Below, piece by piece: positions 27,661 through 38,827 of a stretch of 64,000 bases of DNA (position 1 is the stretch's first letter; the number at the start of each line of letters is the position of its first letter). The stretch lies in NCBI GenBank assembly GCA_964449385.1, contig CAYUYO010000003.1, positions 483-64,482 of the forward strand. The letters run 5' to 3'. The notes beneath the pieces were generated by a model. The model was not told the origin of the DNA, did no database searches, and saw nothing but the letters and a program-made list of their open reading frames with translations. Source of the stretch: an uncultured Candidatus Saccharibacteria bacterium (lineage in GTDB: Bacteria; Patescibacteriota; Minisyncoccia; Minisyncoccales; CAYUYO01). The position numbers were made by a program, and so were the translations under genes.

Positions 27661-28797
27661 TTAATTTTGACACGAATTTTTTAATTGGTCAACTATGTAT
27701 TCGGCAATCGTTTTAGCTGCTAATGGCTTGGAGAAATTTTTGGCTGCTTTTCTCATTTTTTCTAATTCTTGAGGACTAGAGAAAAGGTATTTTAATTTTT
27801 CTAAAAAGAAATGTGGAGTAAAATTAGCTTCCTCTATTACTAAACAGGCTTTATTTTCGGCATAGGAATAAGCGTTTTTTATTTGATGATTTTGAGCAGA
27901 TTCAGGTAGAGGAATTAAGATGCTTGGTTTTCCAAGAGCAGCAATTTCAAAGATACTTCCTGAACCGGCTCGACTAACAATTAAGTCAGCTGCTTGATAA
28001 GCATGTTTCAATTGTTCCTCTTTTAAAAATGGGAGAAGATGATAATATTTTTCTAAATCTTTGGTTATCATTACTTTGGCTTCTACTTTTACTTCTTTGA
28101 AGTTTTTTTGTCCGCATTGATGAATAAGTTCAAAATTAGTAAGAAGTTTAGAAAGAATCTCCAAGATTTTATCGTTTATTCTTTGAGCCCCTTGAGAACC
28201 GCCCAGAATTAAAATTACTGGTTTTTCACTAGTTAATTTAAATAATTTCTGAGCTTTTTCTTTTGAACCGTTCAATAATTCTTTTCTAATCGGATTTCCG
28301 ATTAAAATCATTTTTGAAGGAGGAAACCATTCGGTTTTGGGAAAGGAAACAAAGACCTTTGGTAAAAATTTACTTAAAAAACGGTTAGATAATCCAGGAA
28401 CAGCATCTGATTCATGTAAAAGAATAGGAGTCCATAAAAGCCAACCGGCTATTACCCCTGGCAAAGAACCAAATCCTCCCTTACTAAAAATTAAGTCTGG
28501 ACTTAGACGGAAAATATAAAAAATAGCCTGAAAAATTCCAGCCGGAATTTTAAATAGACAATCGACTAAATTTTGAGTAATACTTTTCCAATCTGTATAT
28601 CTTCTTATTTTCCCAGCTAAAACATGCTTAATTATTATTCCTTCTTGAGAAAGAAAAATTTCTCCAAATTCATCTTCGGGACCAATGTAAAAAAACTGAA
28701 GATTTTTTTCAGGATATATCCTTCTTATTTCTCTGGTTAAAGATACTATTGGTAGTATATGCCCGCCGGTTCCACCACCAGTAAATAAAATTTTCAT
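27661..28797 (-). CDS. murG: UDP-GlcNAc:lipid I N-acetylglucosaminyltransferase MurG
   Basis: TGGGTGGHILP, GGSQGAQ, and dcw cluster context. Confidence 0.92.
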   Translation of the reverse strand: MKILFTGGGTGGHILPIVSLTREIRRIYPEKNLQFFYIGPEDEFGEIFLSQEGIIIKHVLAGKIRRYTDWKSITQNLVDCLFKIPAGIFQAIFYIFRLSPDLIFSKGGFGSLPGVIAGWLLWTPILLHESDAVPGLSNRFLSKFLPKVFVSFPKTEWFPPSKMILIGNPIRKELLNGSKEKAQKLFKLTSEKPVILILGGSQGAQRINDKILEILSKLLTNFELIHQCGQKNFKEVKVEAKVMITKDLEKYYHLLPFLKEEQLKHAYQAADLIVSRAGSGSIFEIAALGKPSILIPLPESAQNHQIKNAYSYAENKACLVIEEANFTPHFFLEKLKYLFSSPQELEKMRKAAKNFSKPLAAKTIAEYIVDQLKNSCQN

Positions 28798-29906
28798 TGT
28801 TTTGAAATATTTAATAAAATTCCTACGCCAATTAATTCGGTTACTAAAGCTGATCCCCCATAACCGATGAATGGTAAAGGAATTCCGGTTAAGGGTAAAA
28901 TTTCAATCATTGAGCCAATATTAATAAAAGCCTGAATGACAATCCAAGAACTAATACCAATGGCCGTTAATTGAGAAAATTTATCTTGGCTAGTTTTTCC
29001 AATTTTGAATCCTCGCCATAAAAATATTAAAAAAAGAGCAATTAAAATAAAGCTGCCTATAAATCCCATTTCTTTAGCCATAATGGCAAAAATTGAATCT
29101 GATATTGATTCTGGCAGAAAACTAAGTTGCAGATGAGACATTCCTAAACCTAAACCAGCAAGTCCTCCTGAGCCAATAGTAATTAAAGCCTGTTTTATCT
29201 GGAAACCAATTCCCATTGGGTCAATTCCTGAATTAAAAAAGACGGCAATGCGATTTAATCTATAAGGAGCTAATTTAATTAAAGTGAATAATGTTGTGAT
29301 TCCTATTAAAATTATTGAAAAGGTCTGCCATAAAGGAGTGTTGGATATAAAATACATTATAACAGCTACTATGGCAATTATTCCTAAAGTGCTGATATCG
29401 GGTTGAAAGACTAAAAGCAAGCTAACCAAACTCATAACAATCAGAAAAACAATAAAAGTTTGATTAAATGCCCCTTTTGTCTTTTCAAGTATGTTTTTTT
29501 CTGTCCGACTACTTAACCAAGCAGCTAAATATAAAATAAAGGTGATTTTTAAAAATTCTGAAGGCTGAAGAGAAAAAGGTCCAATTGTCAACCATCTACT
29601 TGCTCCTCCAGCTCCAGCTCCAATTTTTGGCAGAAAAACCATTGCTAACATTATCAGGTTTAATAGAATTAAAACCGGAGCCAATTTTTTTAATAAATCT
29701 AAGCGGATTTTAAAAGCAAAAAAACCTAAAATTAATCCTAGTAATAATCCAAATAACAACTGATGGTTTAAAAAGTAATAAGTGTTGTTAAAATTTTCTT
29801 GAGAAAGAGGAGCTGAAACACTAGCTAAGATAATAATTCCCAAAGCTACTAAAATAAGAACTGTCCCTAATAAAAAATAATCAGGTTTACCTTTAATCCT
29901 TTCCAT
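28794..29906 (-). CDS. ftsW: FtsW/RodA/SpoVE-family (SEDS) peptidoglycan polymerase
   Basis: ~10 TM segments, [18 protein letters not shown]. Lies between murD and murG. Confidence 0.9.
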   Translation of the reverse strand: MERIKGKPDYFLLGTVLILVALGIIILASVSAPLSQENFNNTYYFLNHQLLFGLLLGLILGFFAFKIRLDLLKKLAPVLILLNLIMLAMVFLPKIGAGAGGASRWLTIGPFSLQPSEFLKITFILYLAAWLSSRTEKNILEKTKGAFNQTFIVFLIVMSLVSLLLVFQPDISTLGIIAIVAVIMYFISNTPLWQTFSIILIGITTLFTLIKLAPYRLNRIAVFFNSGIDPMGIGFQIKQALITIGSGGLAGLGLGMSHLQLSFLPESISDSIFAIMAKEMGFIGSFILIALFLIFLWRGFKIGKTSQDKFSQLTAIGISSWIVIQAFINIGSMIEILPLTGIPLPFIGYGGSALVTELIGVGILLNISKQ

Positions 29907-31113
29907 ACTTTTTTACATATTTTTTGAATAAATTGCCTTTTTCTTTATAATCCTTAAAAATACTAAAACTTGAAGAAGCCGTAGAAAGTAAGCAGATTTT
30001 TTCTTTTTTAGTATATTGATAAGCTAATTTTACAGCATCTGCCATATTACTAACAAAGAAATGTTTTAGTAAAGAACTAGTTGAATTCAATTGAGTGATT
30101 TTTTTCCAGATTCGTTCTCCGGTAGTTGGAAATAAAATCACATTTTTTATTTTACTTTTTAAAACTTTTTTAGCTAATTTAGTAAACTCAATATTTCTTT
30201 CAAAACCACCAAGCATGATTGTTTCTACTTTATTACCTAAGGTTTCTATGGCTTCTATTGTTGCCTCAGGAATAGTTGCTAAAGCATCATTGTAAAAAGT
30301 GATTCTTCGAAAAGTCCCAACTAATTCTAATCTGTGAGGTAAAAATTTGAATTCTTTAATTGTTTTTTTGACAATTTTGGAAGGAATTTTGAATATTTTA
30401 GCAACTGCTTCTGTCGCTGTTTTATCTAACTGATAATATTTTCCTTGAATTGGAATTTTTTTAGCTTTAGATTTTTTTGTTATTTCTTTAACTAATTTAT
30501 CTCCCGAATTAAAAATTAGATAGTCTGCTTTATTTTGATAACGACCAATATTGGCTTTGGCTTTTGTATATTCTTTGAAACTTTTGTAATAATCCAAATG
30601 TTCAGGATAAATATTTAAAAGAACAGCAATTTGAGGAGATTTTTTAAGATTGTAAAGCTGATGGCTAGATAACTCATAAACATAAACATCATCAATTTTT
30701 GCTTTATTAAGAAAAGATAATGCTGGCTTGCCAATATTTCCGACTAAATGAACTTTAATTTTTCCTTGTTTTAATATTTGATAAATTAGAGAAGCGGTAG
30801 TACTTTTTCCTTTTGTTCCGGTAATGCCGATAATTGTTCCAGGACAATTATCGAAGAAAATCTCTGTTTGTGAAGTAATTTTTCTTTCTCTATAAGCTTT
30901 TTCAATTTCTGGTAAATGAATAGGAATTCCGGGCGATTTAATTACAACATCATAATCTTTAACTTTTTTAAGATAATTTTTATCAGTTTTTTGGTCAGCA
31001 ACTTTTAAAATTTTTTCAGGGAATAATTTTTTTAAGAATTTAAAACTGTTTTGTCCTTCTTTGCCAAAACCTAAAATTAGAACTTTTTTAGTTTTTAATT
31101 CATTTAATTTCAT
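29893..31113 (-). CDS. murD: UDP-N-acetylmuramoylalanine--glutamate ligase (MurD family)
   Basis: [10 protein letters not shown] Rossmann N-domain, [12 protein letters not shown]-loop, 406 aa. Confidence 0.9.
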   Translation of the reverse strand: MKLNELKTKKVLILGFGKEGQNSFKFLKKLFPEKILKVADQKTDKNYLKKVKDYDVVIKSPGIPIHLPEIEKAYRERKITSQTEIFFDNCPGTIIGITGTKGKSTTASLIYQILKQGKIKVHLVGNIGKPALSFLNKAKIDDVYVYELSSHQLYNLKKSPQIAVLLNIYPEHLDYYKSFKEYTKAKANIGRYQNKADYLIFNSGDKLVKEITKKSKAKKIPIQGKYYQLDKTATEAVAKIFKIPSKIVKKTIKEFKFLPHRLELVGTFRRITFYNDALATIPEATIEAIETLGNKVETIMLGGFERNIEFTKLAKKVLKSKIKNVILFPTTGERIWKKITQLNSTSSLLKHFFVSNMADAVKLAYQYTKKEKICLLSTASSSFSIFKDYKEKGNLFKKYVKKYGKD

Positions 31114-31120
31114 TCTGTCT

Positions 31121-32533
31121 TTAAGATACCACTTTTTTTAAGATTTTTTCAAATTCTTTCGGTAAGTTATTATAATTATTCCAAGAGTTTATCATTTTTT
31201 TTGATTCATTTTCTAAATTTTGGTGTTTTAATAAAACCTTTTCTTCGAAATAATTTAAAAGAGATAGTTTAGAGATATCTATTCCTATTTTATTTGCTTT
31301 TTTCCAACTTAAGTAGAAAGCGAGTAAACTCTCTTTTTTAGTACCAATACATTCAAAAGGCTTTATCCCCTGCTCTCCGATTAATTCTTTCATTAGAGAG
31401 AGAAGTTTTTTATCTTGAAACAGATTTTTTCCAAAAATTTTAGATAATTTTTTATTATCTATAAAAGGATAAAGACAAGTCCATACAAAAAGGCATTTAG
31501 GACAATTACCACACCATTTTTTAGTAGGTTTTTTGGTACCGGAAGCTGTTTTATATGCTTCGTTACAGCTTAAAAAAGAAGAAAAATATTTAGGATAGCT
31601 TGAAAATAATTTAGCTATTTGAATTTCATAAATAGGTCTGAGAAAACTAAAATATTCTACATTTTTTGTTAAATATTTCTTAGAATAATTTTTGAATTTT
31701 TTCTCAAAATCAAAACTTTTTGAATATTGATGATTAATTATTTTACTCAAGTATTTTATATTACCTTCATTCGAGCTTCGTTCCTGAGAAAAAGCAATAT
31801 ACTTATAATTGAAAATTACGGCCAATATCACGCTTAAGAAAGATAAATAAGACGAAAAAGGAGTATGGCCGTTTAAGAATCCTTTTTGGTTTAACTCTAA
31901 AAGTCTTTTGTCAGTTTTCCGTCTGATAATTAAAGGTTTTTTACAGCTAGCAATTTTTATTATTTTTTGAGCAGATTCAGTTGGATTTAAGCTAAAGCAA
32001 TTAATGTCTTTTTTTATTTTTTTTAGAATTTCCAAGGTAACTATTGAATCCTTTCCTCCTCCCACTGGTACTAAAACCTTATCCTCGTTTTTTGATAATT
32101 TTACAAGGTTCAACCTAGTAAAATTGCTATTTATTGGAATGACTTTAAAAAAGTTTTGTTTTCTAAAATTAATTTTATTTTCATAGAAAAACTGGCCCAG
32201 TCCTTGAATTATTAGGTCTTTCCACCAGTTAATTTGCTCTTTATTTAAAGGGCCAGCTTTAACTATTATTTTTGGAGAGCAGGTTGCCTTCCAATAACTG
32301 GGGATTTCCGCCAGTCCCAAATGAAAAATTAAATTATTTAATATCTTATTCCCTATTTTTTTTAGCTTGGATTCATCAATATTTTCAATAATTACTTTTG
32401 GTCTAAAACAGATACCGGGTTCAATTTTAAAATCAAAAAAAATTTCTAAGTTATTTTTAGAAATTCTATAAGAATAGTTTTCATAAATAAATTTAGGATA
32501 TTTTTTTCTCAAATTTTGAATTTTCGTTTTCAT
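31121..32533 (-). CDS. PP-loop ATPase-like protein in the dcw cluster; candidate MurL-type UDP-MurNAc-L-Ala-L-Glu epimerase
   Basis: PP-loop-like [11 protein letters not shown] and a Cys cluster [12 protein letters not shown]. 470 aa, inserted between mraY and murD. The family assignment is from memory, not a search. Confidence 0.5.
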   Translation of the reverse strand: MKTKIQNLRKKYPKFIYENYSYRISKNNLEIFFDFKIEPGICFRPKVIIENIDESKLKKIGNKILNNLIFHLGLAEIPSYWKATCSPKIIVKAGPLNKEQINWWKDLIIQGLGQFFYENKINFRKQNFFKVIPINSNFTRLNLVKLSKNEDKVLVPVGGGKDSIVTLEILKKIKKDINCFSLNPTESAQKIIKIASCKKPLIIRRKTDKRLLELNQKGFLNGHTPFSSYLSFLSVILAVIFNYKYIAFSQERSSNEGNIKYLSKIINHQYSKSFDFEKKFKNYSKKYLTKNVEYFSFLRPIYEIQIAKLFSSYPKYFSSFLSCNEAYKTASGTKKPTKKWCGNCPKCLFVWTCLYPFIDNKKLSKIFGKNLFQDKKLLSLMKELIGEQGIKPFECIGTKKESLLAFYLSWKKANKIGIDISKLSLLNYFEEKVLLKHQNLENESKKMINSWNNYNNLPKEFEKILKKVVS

Positions 32534-32540
32534 GATGTAA

Positions 32541-33620
32541 TTATCCTAATAAGCGAATTGCTACTCCCAGAACGGCAAAAATAATGCCAATTAACCAAAA
32601 TCTCATAGTTACTTTATAACTTGGCCATCCTCGAGCTTCAAAATGGTGGTGAATCGGAGTGGAAAGCCAGATTTTTTTATGACGAAATTTTTTAGATAGT
32701 AATTGAATAATTAAAGAACCAACTTCAATAACCATTAATCCGGCAATGATTGGTAAAACTACTACCGAATCTGTTAAAAAAGCTACTACAGCCATAGTTG
32801 ATGTTAATCCTAAAATTCCTGTTTCTCCCATATAAAATTTTGCAGGAGGGATATTAAACCATAAAAAAGCAAAGAGAGTGCCAACAATTACAATACAAAA
32901 TGTAGCAAGATCAATTTTTCCCTGAGAAAAAGCAATTATTGAAAATGCTCCAAAAATAGCGGCAAATATTCCTCCTGATAATCCATCTAAACCATCAATT
33001 ACTCCTCCTGCCCAAGAAGCAATCATTACTAATATAAAAAGAGGAATATACCAGAACCCGATAGTAAGATCAATTCCTGAAGGAAAATTAAAAATTAAAG
33101 GAATATGAATAGTACTCCAATCTAATTTATAATAAAACCACAATCCGCCAATTAAACCGATTAAAGCAACAATTATTAATCTTCTGGTGAATCCCATTCC
33201 TCCGCCGATATATTTTCCCTTGCCCGAAACTTGTAAAACATCGTCAGTTAAACCGACAATTGAAGCTATAATTAAAGTAAATAAAGGAAGCCAAGTTTCA
33301 CCTCTGGATAAAAAATTTAATTCTTTTAACCACCAGATATTAGTAAAATGAGAAATAATAAAAAGTAAAAATATAACTGTTAAAACCGAAACCCAAATTA
33401 ATACTCCCCCACCTCTGGGCACAGTTGTTTCTCTTTCTTTATGTAATGAATAAAAAACTTCAGCTTTGTCTCCAGTAATAGTTTTTGTCCTAGCTTCTTT
33501 CTTCCAAAATTTAAATTTATTTAAAATTTTAATTAAATATGGAGCCAATAAAAAAGCAATTCCAGCTGTTAAAATTGTCAAAACTAAAATTTTAATTACA
33601 TTAAAAATAAGAAAACTCAT
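32541..33620 (-). CDS. mraY: Phospho-N-acetylmuramoyl-pentapeptide transferase MraY
   Basis: 10-TM protein with GLTDDVLQV, IDGLDGLSGG, PIHHHFE. Confidence 0.95.
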   Translation of the reverse strand: MSFLIFNVIKILVLTILTAGIAFLLAPYLIKILNKFKFWKKEARTKTITGDKAEVFYSLHKERETTVPRGGGVLIWVSVLTVIFLLFIISHFTNIWWLKELNFLSRGETWLPLFTLIIASIVGLTDDVLQVSGKGKYIGGGMGFTRRLIIVALIGLIGGLWFYYKLDWSTIHIPLIFNFPSGIDLTIGFWYIPLFILVMIASWAGGVIDGLDGLSGGIFAAIFGAFSIIAFSQGKIDLATFCIVIVGTLFAFLWFNIPPAKFYMGETGILGLTSTMAVVAFLTDSVVVLPIIAGLMVIEVGSLIIQLLSKKFRHKKIWLSTPIHHHFEARGWPSYKVTMRFWLIGIIFAVLGVAIRLLG

Positions 33621-34480
33621 TGTATATTAATCCAATTAACTAATTTTTCCATTTCTTCAAAACGCGTAGTTGGTGAAGAAGCACCTAAAATCACATTGAT
33701 TAAATAGTTATTTTCTTGTTTATCCTTTAAAACTAAAAGCATACATCCACCTGCTTTATCTTCCCATCCGGTTTTTCCTCCAAAAATATTGGGAATTTCA
33801 CCTAAAAGTTCGTCGGTATTTATTGCTAAATAAGAAGTTCCATCTGACTTACGAAGAGGTTTGTTTTGAAGCGAAGAAATTTCAAAAATTATTGGATACT
33901 TTTTTAGTATATATTGAGTAAGTTTTACTAAATCTTTGGCTGTTGAATAATTAATTAGATCACCGGATTCTTCTGTTTCTAAACCTGTGGAATTAGTAAA
34001 AGAGGTTTTTTCAAGACCTAAAATTTCAGCCTTCTTATTCATTAAATTAACAAATTCTGTTTTACCAATTATTTCAGCCAAATCTTGAGCAGCTTCATTA
34101 TTTGATTCAATCAGCATACTATTTAAAAGTTCTTGAGAAAGAGAAGAACTGTAATTTTCTAAATTTTCAAGAACAATTATAGCAGTCATTAATTTTGTTA
34201 AAGAAGCAATTGCTAATTTTTTTCCTGAAAATTTTTGGTAAAGAACCCTTTTTTCATTATTATTTTTGTTGATTTTAACTGCAATTGCTGATTTAACTTG
34301 AAGATCTAAATTTGGTTTTTTCGGAATTTCTATTTTAACGATTTGTTGAAAAGGTTGAGAAATTTGGGCATAAAAATATTTTTCCAAAGCGTTTTGGCTG
34401 CTTTTTATCCACTGTCCGATATTCAGAATAACAAAAGATAAAACTAAACCAATTAAAAAAAAAATTAATCTTTTGTTCAT
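33617..34480 (-). CDS. D-alanyl-D-alanine carboxypeptidase (S11 family, low-MW PBP)
   Basis: Signal/TM, then SLTK (SxxK), SNN (SxN), KTGWED (KTG). Confidence 0.8.
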   Translation of the reverse strand: MNKRLIFFLIGLVLSFVILNIGQWIKSSQNALEKYFYAQISQPFQQIVKIEIPKKPNLDLQVKSAIAVKINKNNNEKRVLYQKFSGKKLAIASLTKLMTAIIVLENLENYSSSLSQELLNSMLIESNNEAAQDLAEIIGKTEFVNLMNKKAEILGLEKTSFTNSTGLETEESGDLINYSTAKDLVKLTQYILKKYPIIFEISSLQNKPLRKSDGTSYLAINTDELLGEIPNIFGGKTGWEDKAGGCMLLVLKDKQENNYLINVILGASSPTTRFEEMEKLVNWINIQ

Positions 34481-35871
34481 TTGGATTTAATAATTTTAAT
34501 ATGTAATTCTTTTAATTGTTCTTTTGTTACTTCACTTGGAATCTTCATCATTAAATCACGATTATCTCCTGTTTTTGGAAAAGCAATTACTTCTCGAATA
34601 TTCGGTTCGTTTAAAACTATAGTCAAAAATCTGTCGATTCCAGAGGCAATTCCTCCGTGGGGAGGAACTCCGTAACTAAATGCTTCAAAATAATTAGCAA
34701 ATTGATTTTTAATTTCTTCTTTTTTATGACCTAAAACTTCAAAAACTGCTGTTAGAATATTTAAATCAGTAGTTCGAATGCTTCCTCCTCCGATTTCAAA
34801 ACCATTTAAAGCAAGATCATATTGATAAGACAAGATTTTTTCTGGAGATTCTTTTATTTTTTTAATATCAGTGATTTGAGGTTTAGTAAAAGGATGATGT
34901 TGAGCCCCCCATCTTTTTTCTTTTTTGTGCCACTCAAACATTGGAAAATCAGTGATAAAGCAAAAAGCAAGTTCATCTGGATTATTTTTATTATTTCGTA
35001 AATCTGGCTTGTCAGTTTTATATTTTTTTATTGCTTCTTTATAAGTAATTCTTGGGAAAGGAATTTTCTGAATTCTTTTTTCTGGAAATAATTTTTTAAT
35101 AATATTTATATAAAGCCCTTCAATTAAAATTAGAATTTCTTTTTGGTTAGTAAAACTCATTTCTATGTCCAGTTGAGTGTGTTCTGGTTGGCGGTCAGCT
35201 CGTGGATCTTCATCTCTAAGACAACGAGCTATTTGAAAATATTTTTCAATTCCAGCTACTTGCAAAAGTTGTTTGTATTGTTGAGGGCTTTGAGGTAGAG
35301 CATAAAATTTACCCGAATATAATCTAGAAGGAACTAAAAAGTCTCTTGCTCCTTCAGGAGTTGATTTAGTTAAAAGTGGAGTTTCAACCTCAATAAATTC
35401 TTCCTTAATTAAAAAGTCTCTCATAAACTGAATAACTTTTTGTCGAACCTCTAAATTCTTTCTCATTCTTTTTCTCCTTAAATCCAAATAGCGGTATTCT
35501 AATCTTTTTTCTTCTGATATTTCATAACCAGGATTATCAATAGGAAAGGGCAAAGTTTTAGCCTGAGAAAAGATTTCTATTCTTGAAGTATGAAGTTCTA
35601 CATTACCTGTTTCAATTTTTGGATTTATTTGTCCCTTTGGCCTTTTTTCAATAGTTCCTTCAACTCCTATCACCCATTCTGGCCTTATTTTCTGAATGGT
35701 TTTATATAATTCTTTATTTTGTGGAGTAAAAACTAATTGCAAAATTCCGCTTCTGTCTCTAATATCAATAAAAAGAATTTTTCCATGAGCTCTAATAGTC
35801 TGGACCCAGCCGCAAACCCGAACCGGTTTTCCTATATATTTTAATGTTTTAATAGTTAATAACCTTTCCAT
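34477..35871 (-). CDS. aspS: Aspartate--tRNA ligase (short form, 464 aa)
   Basis: OB-fold N-terminus, FYALPQSPQQYKQLL, RDEDPRADRQPEHTQLD, GGIASGIDRF. Confidence 0.95.
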   Translation of the reverse strand: MERLLTIKTLKYIGKPVRVCGWVQTIRAHGKILFIDIRDRSGILQLVFTPQNKELYKTIQKIRPEWVIGVEGTIEKRPKGQINPKIETGNVELHTSRIEIFSQAKTLPFPIDNPGYEISEEKRLEYRYLDLRRKRMRKNLEVRQKVIQFMRDFLIKEEFIEVETPLLTKSTPEGARDFLVPSRLYSGKFYALPQSPQQYKQLLQVAGIEKYFQIARCLRDEDPRADRQPEHTQLDIEMSFTNQKEILILIEGLYINIIKKLFPEKRIQKIPFPRITYKEAIKKYKTDKPDLRNNKNNPDELAFCFITDFPMFEWHKKEKRWGAQHHPFTKPQITDIKKIKESPEKILSYQYDLALNGFEIGGGSIRTTDLNILTAVFEVLGHKKEEIKNQFANYFEAFSYGVPPHGGIASGIDRFLTIVLNEPNIREVIAFPKTGDNRDLMMKIPSEVTKEQLKELHIKIIKSK

Positions 35872-36236
35872 TATTTAAGATACGATTTAATTTTTTCAAT
35901 TATTTCTTTAGGAGTATAATTTGTTTTAATTAAATAATCTTTTACTCCCAATTTAAAAGCCTGTTTTTTTATATCAGGGTCGTCATAATTAGAAAAAGCC
36001 AATACTGGGATTGAAGAAATTTTCGGATCTTTTCGCAACCAGGTTAAAAAAGTAATTCCATTTTCTTTTGGAAGTAAAATATCAAGGACAATTAAATCTG
36101 GCTTTTCTTTTCTGGCTAAATTCAACCCCTTTTTTGCTTCCGAAGATAAATAGATTTTAAATCCTGCTTGTGTAAACTTGTCTTTATATATATCTAATAA
36201 AATTTTTTCGTCTTCTATTAAAAGTATCTTTTTCAT
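35871..36236 (-). CDS. Single-domain (CheY-like) response regulator
   Basis: KILLIEDE, DLIVLDILLP (phospho-Asp), conserved K (DYLIKT). 121 aa with no output domain. Confidence 0.85.
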   Translation of the reverse strand: MKKILLIEDEKILLDIYKDKFTQAGFKIYLSSEAKKGLNLARKEKPDLIVLDILLPKENGITFLTWLRKDPKISSIPVLAFSNYDDPDIKKQAFKLGVKDYLIKTNYTPKEIIEKIKSYLK

Positions 36237-37807
36237 TTTATTGGCAATTCAATATAAAAAATTGAGCCTTTATTTTTTCCTTTGCTTTCTGCTCGAATTT
36301 TCCCTTGATGCATTTCAATAAATCTTCTGGCGATATAAAGGCCAAGACCAACTCCTTCGGTATAAAGCCGGGTTCCTGCTACTCCTCTAGAAAAGCTTTC
36401 AAACATTTTAGATATTTCATATTTAGTTAGTCCTGTTCCGGTATCAGATACGATAATTTTAAATTTTAAATTTTCAATTTTTGATTTTATTGTCACACCG
36501 CCTTTTTTCGTATATTTTATAGCATTATCAATTATATTCATAATAACCTGCCTGATTTTTTCTCTATCAACCAAAATTTCTGCTAGATGTTTTTTTGGTT
36601 TTTCAAACCTTAAGTAGATATTTTTTTCTTTAGCCGTATTTTCCAATTCCTCTACTACACTAATGATAACATTTTCTATAGATGTTTTTTCCAATTTTAT
36701 TTCTATTTTTCCAGCCTCGATTCGAGAAATATTTAGAAGGTCATTAACTAATTTTATTAGTCTTTCATTAGAAAGATAAATGTTTTTTAAGGGTTTTTCC
36801 ATTTTTTCTGGCGGTTTGCCATAACTTTTTTCTCGCATCATTGAAATATAACCCTTAATTGCTGTTAGAGGTGTCCTTAGCTGGTGGGAGGCAATAGAAA
36901 TAAACTCTGACTTTGCCTTATCTAGCCTTTTAAGTTCAGAATAGGCAATTTGAAGTTTTTCCCTGTATTCAATTTCTTTTATAATGCTTTTTATTAAAAG
37001 ATAGCCAAAAGTGCAAAAAATAGCAAAAATTCCAAAGCCAAGAATTTTTAGCCAGAATGTTTCAGCAATAACTGCTTGAACCAATAAAATTAAACCTATA
37101 ATACTAACTAAAAATTCAATTAAAAAAACTTTAATATTAAAAAGGTGGTATTTAATAGTAGCGAAGGCAAAACTTAAAACATAAAAAAATACTAAAGGTT
37201 GTCCAATAGGAAGTATCAAAGGAATTCCGAGCATAAGAGGAAAGTTAGTAGCTCCTCCACTAAATCCTATAATTGAACCTAAAATAACATAATTAATTTG
37301 TAGCCGTTTATCTTTAGAAGCAGTTTTTCTAGCTTGTAATAATTGATAAAGTCCGCATCCTGTTAAACCGAAATAACCTAAAATAAGAAAACAAATATAT
37401 AAAGGTCCTGCTTGAGGCCAAAATAGAAAGAAGAGAATTGGTTTTACTGATTTAATATAATAAGGAGTAAAACTTAAAATAAGAAAAATAAAAGTTATTA
37501 AATAGCCAGCAGTAAGCAATTTTCTTTTTATTTTAGCTAAGTTTAATAAACTTAACACCCAATGAAGATAAAAGATAGGAATTAAAGTAGCGCCGAAATT
37601 AAGCATTTTTGACCAAAAAAGAGCAGGTCCTTGTTCTGTCATTAATAACCACTGGCAATAACTTAAACTCCAAACAGCTACTCCAAAGCTCATCAAGAAA
37701 AAGGTCTTGTTTATTAATTTTTGTTTATTTTTTAAATAAACAAAAATACCAAAAATAGCAGCCGTGATACCATTTATTAAACTAAATACAATAAATAAAT
37801 TTATCAT
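36233..37807 (-). CDS. Membrane sensor histidine kinase
   Basis: ~250-aa polytopic N-terminus, H-box SIASHQLRTPLTAI, N box DNAIKYT, G boxes DTGTGL and GVGLGLYI. Confidence 0.88.
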   Translation of the reverse strand: MINLFIVFSLINGITAAIFGIFVYLKNKQKLINKTFFLMSFGVAVWSLSYCQWLLMTEQGPALFWSKMLNFGATLIPIFYLHWVLSLLNLAKIKRKLLTAGYLITFIFLILSFTPYYIKSVKPILFFLFWPQAGPLYICFLILGYFGLTGCGLYQLLQARKTASKDKRLQINYVILGSIIGFSGGATNFPLMLGIPLILPIGQPLVFFYVLSFAFATIKYHLFNIKVFLIEFLVSIIGLILLVQAVIAETFWLKILGFGIFAIFCTFGYLLIKSIIKEIEYREKLQIAYSELKRLDKAKSEFISIASHQLRTPLTAIKGYISMMREKSYGKPPEKMEKPLKNIYLSNERLIKLVNDLLNISRIEAGKIEIKLEKTSIENVIISVVEELENTAKEKNIYLRFEKPKKHLAEILVDREKIRQVIMNIIDNAIKYTKKGGVTIKSKIENLKFKIIVSDTGTGLTKYEISKMFESFSRGVAGTRLYTEGVGLGLYIARRFIEMHQGKIRAESKGKNKGSIFYIELPIK

Positions 37808-38709
37808 GTTTCAAAAAAAGGTGTTCCAGTGCTGATTATGTGAAAACCATAAGTGTCTGTAAAATATTTTTTAAAAATATAACCAGCTTTTTTATAAATC
37901 TGTTTTATTTCTTCTTCGTCTTTAAAAACCAATTTCCAATTTCCAATTAAAAGCATAATATAATAAGTAAAAAAATCTTCTCTAAACATTTTTTTACTTG
38001 CATTACTAGTAATAAGACAGCCATTTTTTGTTAATAAATTTTTAATCATTTTGAGAAAATCAATACAGACTTCAATTTCTAAAGGACATAAAACGCCAAT
38101 AAGAAGTATAATGTCAAATTTTTTATTCGGTTTATATTTTAAAAAATTTACACCGACAAAATCGATAAGATGTTCAACTCCTTTATTTTTAGCCATTCTT
38201 TTTCCTCTTTTTAAAGCTACTTCATCTTTATCAATATTAATAACTTTTATATTAGAAGCATTTTGATAATGGGTGGCAAGAGTATCAATTATATCTCTAC
38301 CAGGACCTGAGCCTAAATTACAAATTAAAACATTACCGTTATTGCGGTACTGTTCAATAATTTTAGGAAGTTCTTTTTCAATAGCAATTAATCGAGCCTT
38401 AACTGCTTTACCTGCTTTGGATTGCAGAAAATAATTGTCAATAGAAGATGGTGAATCTAATCCATTGTAAAGGAATTCAGTAACTACTGAACCTCCACAA
38501 TTTGAAGCAGTTGCCGCACTAATAACACTATGAGTAATAAAATAATTATATATTTCTTCTTCTGTCTCAGGAGACACTGGTAATCCATTATAAGTTTTTT
38601 CAAAACTTTCTATAAGAAGATTCTTTATTTTACTATTTTCTTTTTCCAGAGCTTCAAAAAGCTGTATTGCGGCTTCATCAAATTCAAGCTTTTTTATAAA
38701 TTTTTCCAT
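37804..38709 (-). CDS. Class I SAM-dependent methyltransferase
   Basis: Motif I LICNLGSGPGRD. Start moved to the ATG at 38709 because TGGTATAAT (38716-38724) lies inside the longer track ORF, 6 nt upstream. 4-bp overlap with the kinase gene. Confidence 0.72.
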   Translation of the reverse strand: MEKFIKKLEFDEAAIQLFEALEKENSKIKNLLIESFEKTYNGLPVSPETEEEIYNYFITHSVISAATASNCGGSVVTEFLYNGLDSPSSIDNYFLQSKAGKAVKARLIAIEKELPKIIEQYRNNGNVLICNLGSGPGRDIIDTLATHYQNASNIKVINIDKDEVALKRGKRMAKNKGVEHLIDFVGVNFLKYKPNKKFDIILLIGVLCPLEIEVCIDFLKMIKNLLTKNGCLITSNASKKMFREDFFTYYIMLLIGNWKLVFKDEEEIKQIYKKAGYIFKKYFTDTYGFHIISTGTPFFET

Positions 38710-38827
38710 TTTTTTATTATACCATACTAAAATAAAATTCAAATTATTAGACCTAAATAAAAAAGAGAGTATTTTGAAAATCAAAACGCTCTCTTCTCTT
38801 CTAACATAAACCTTTTTACAGTTTAAA

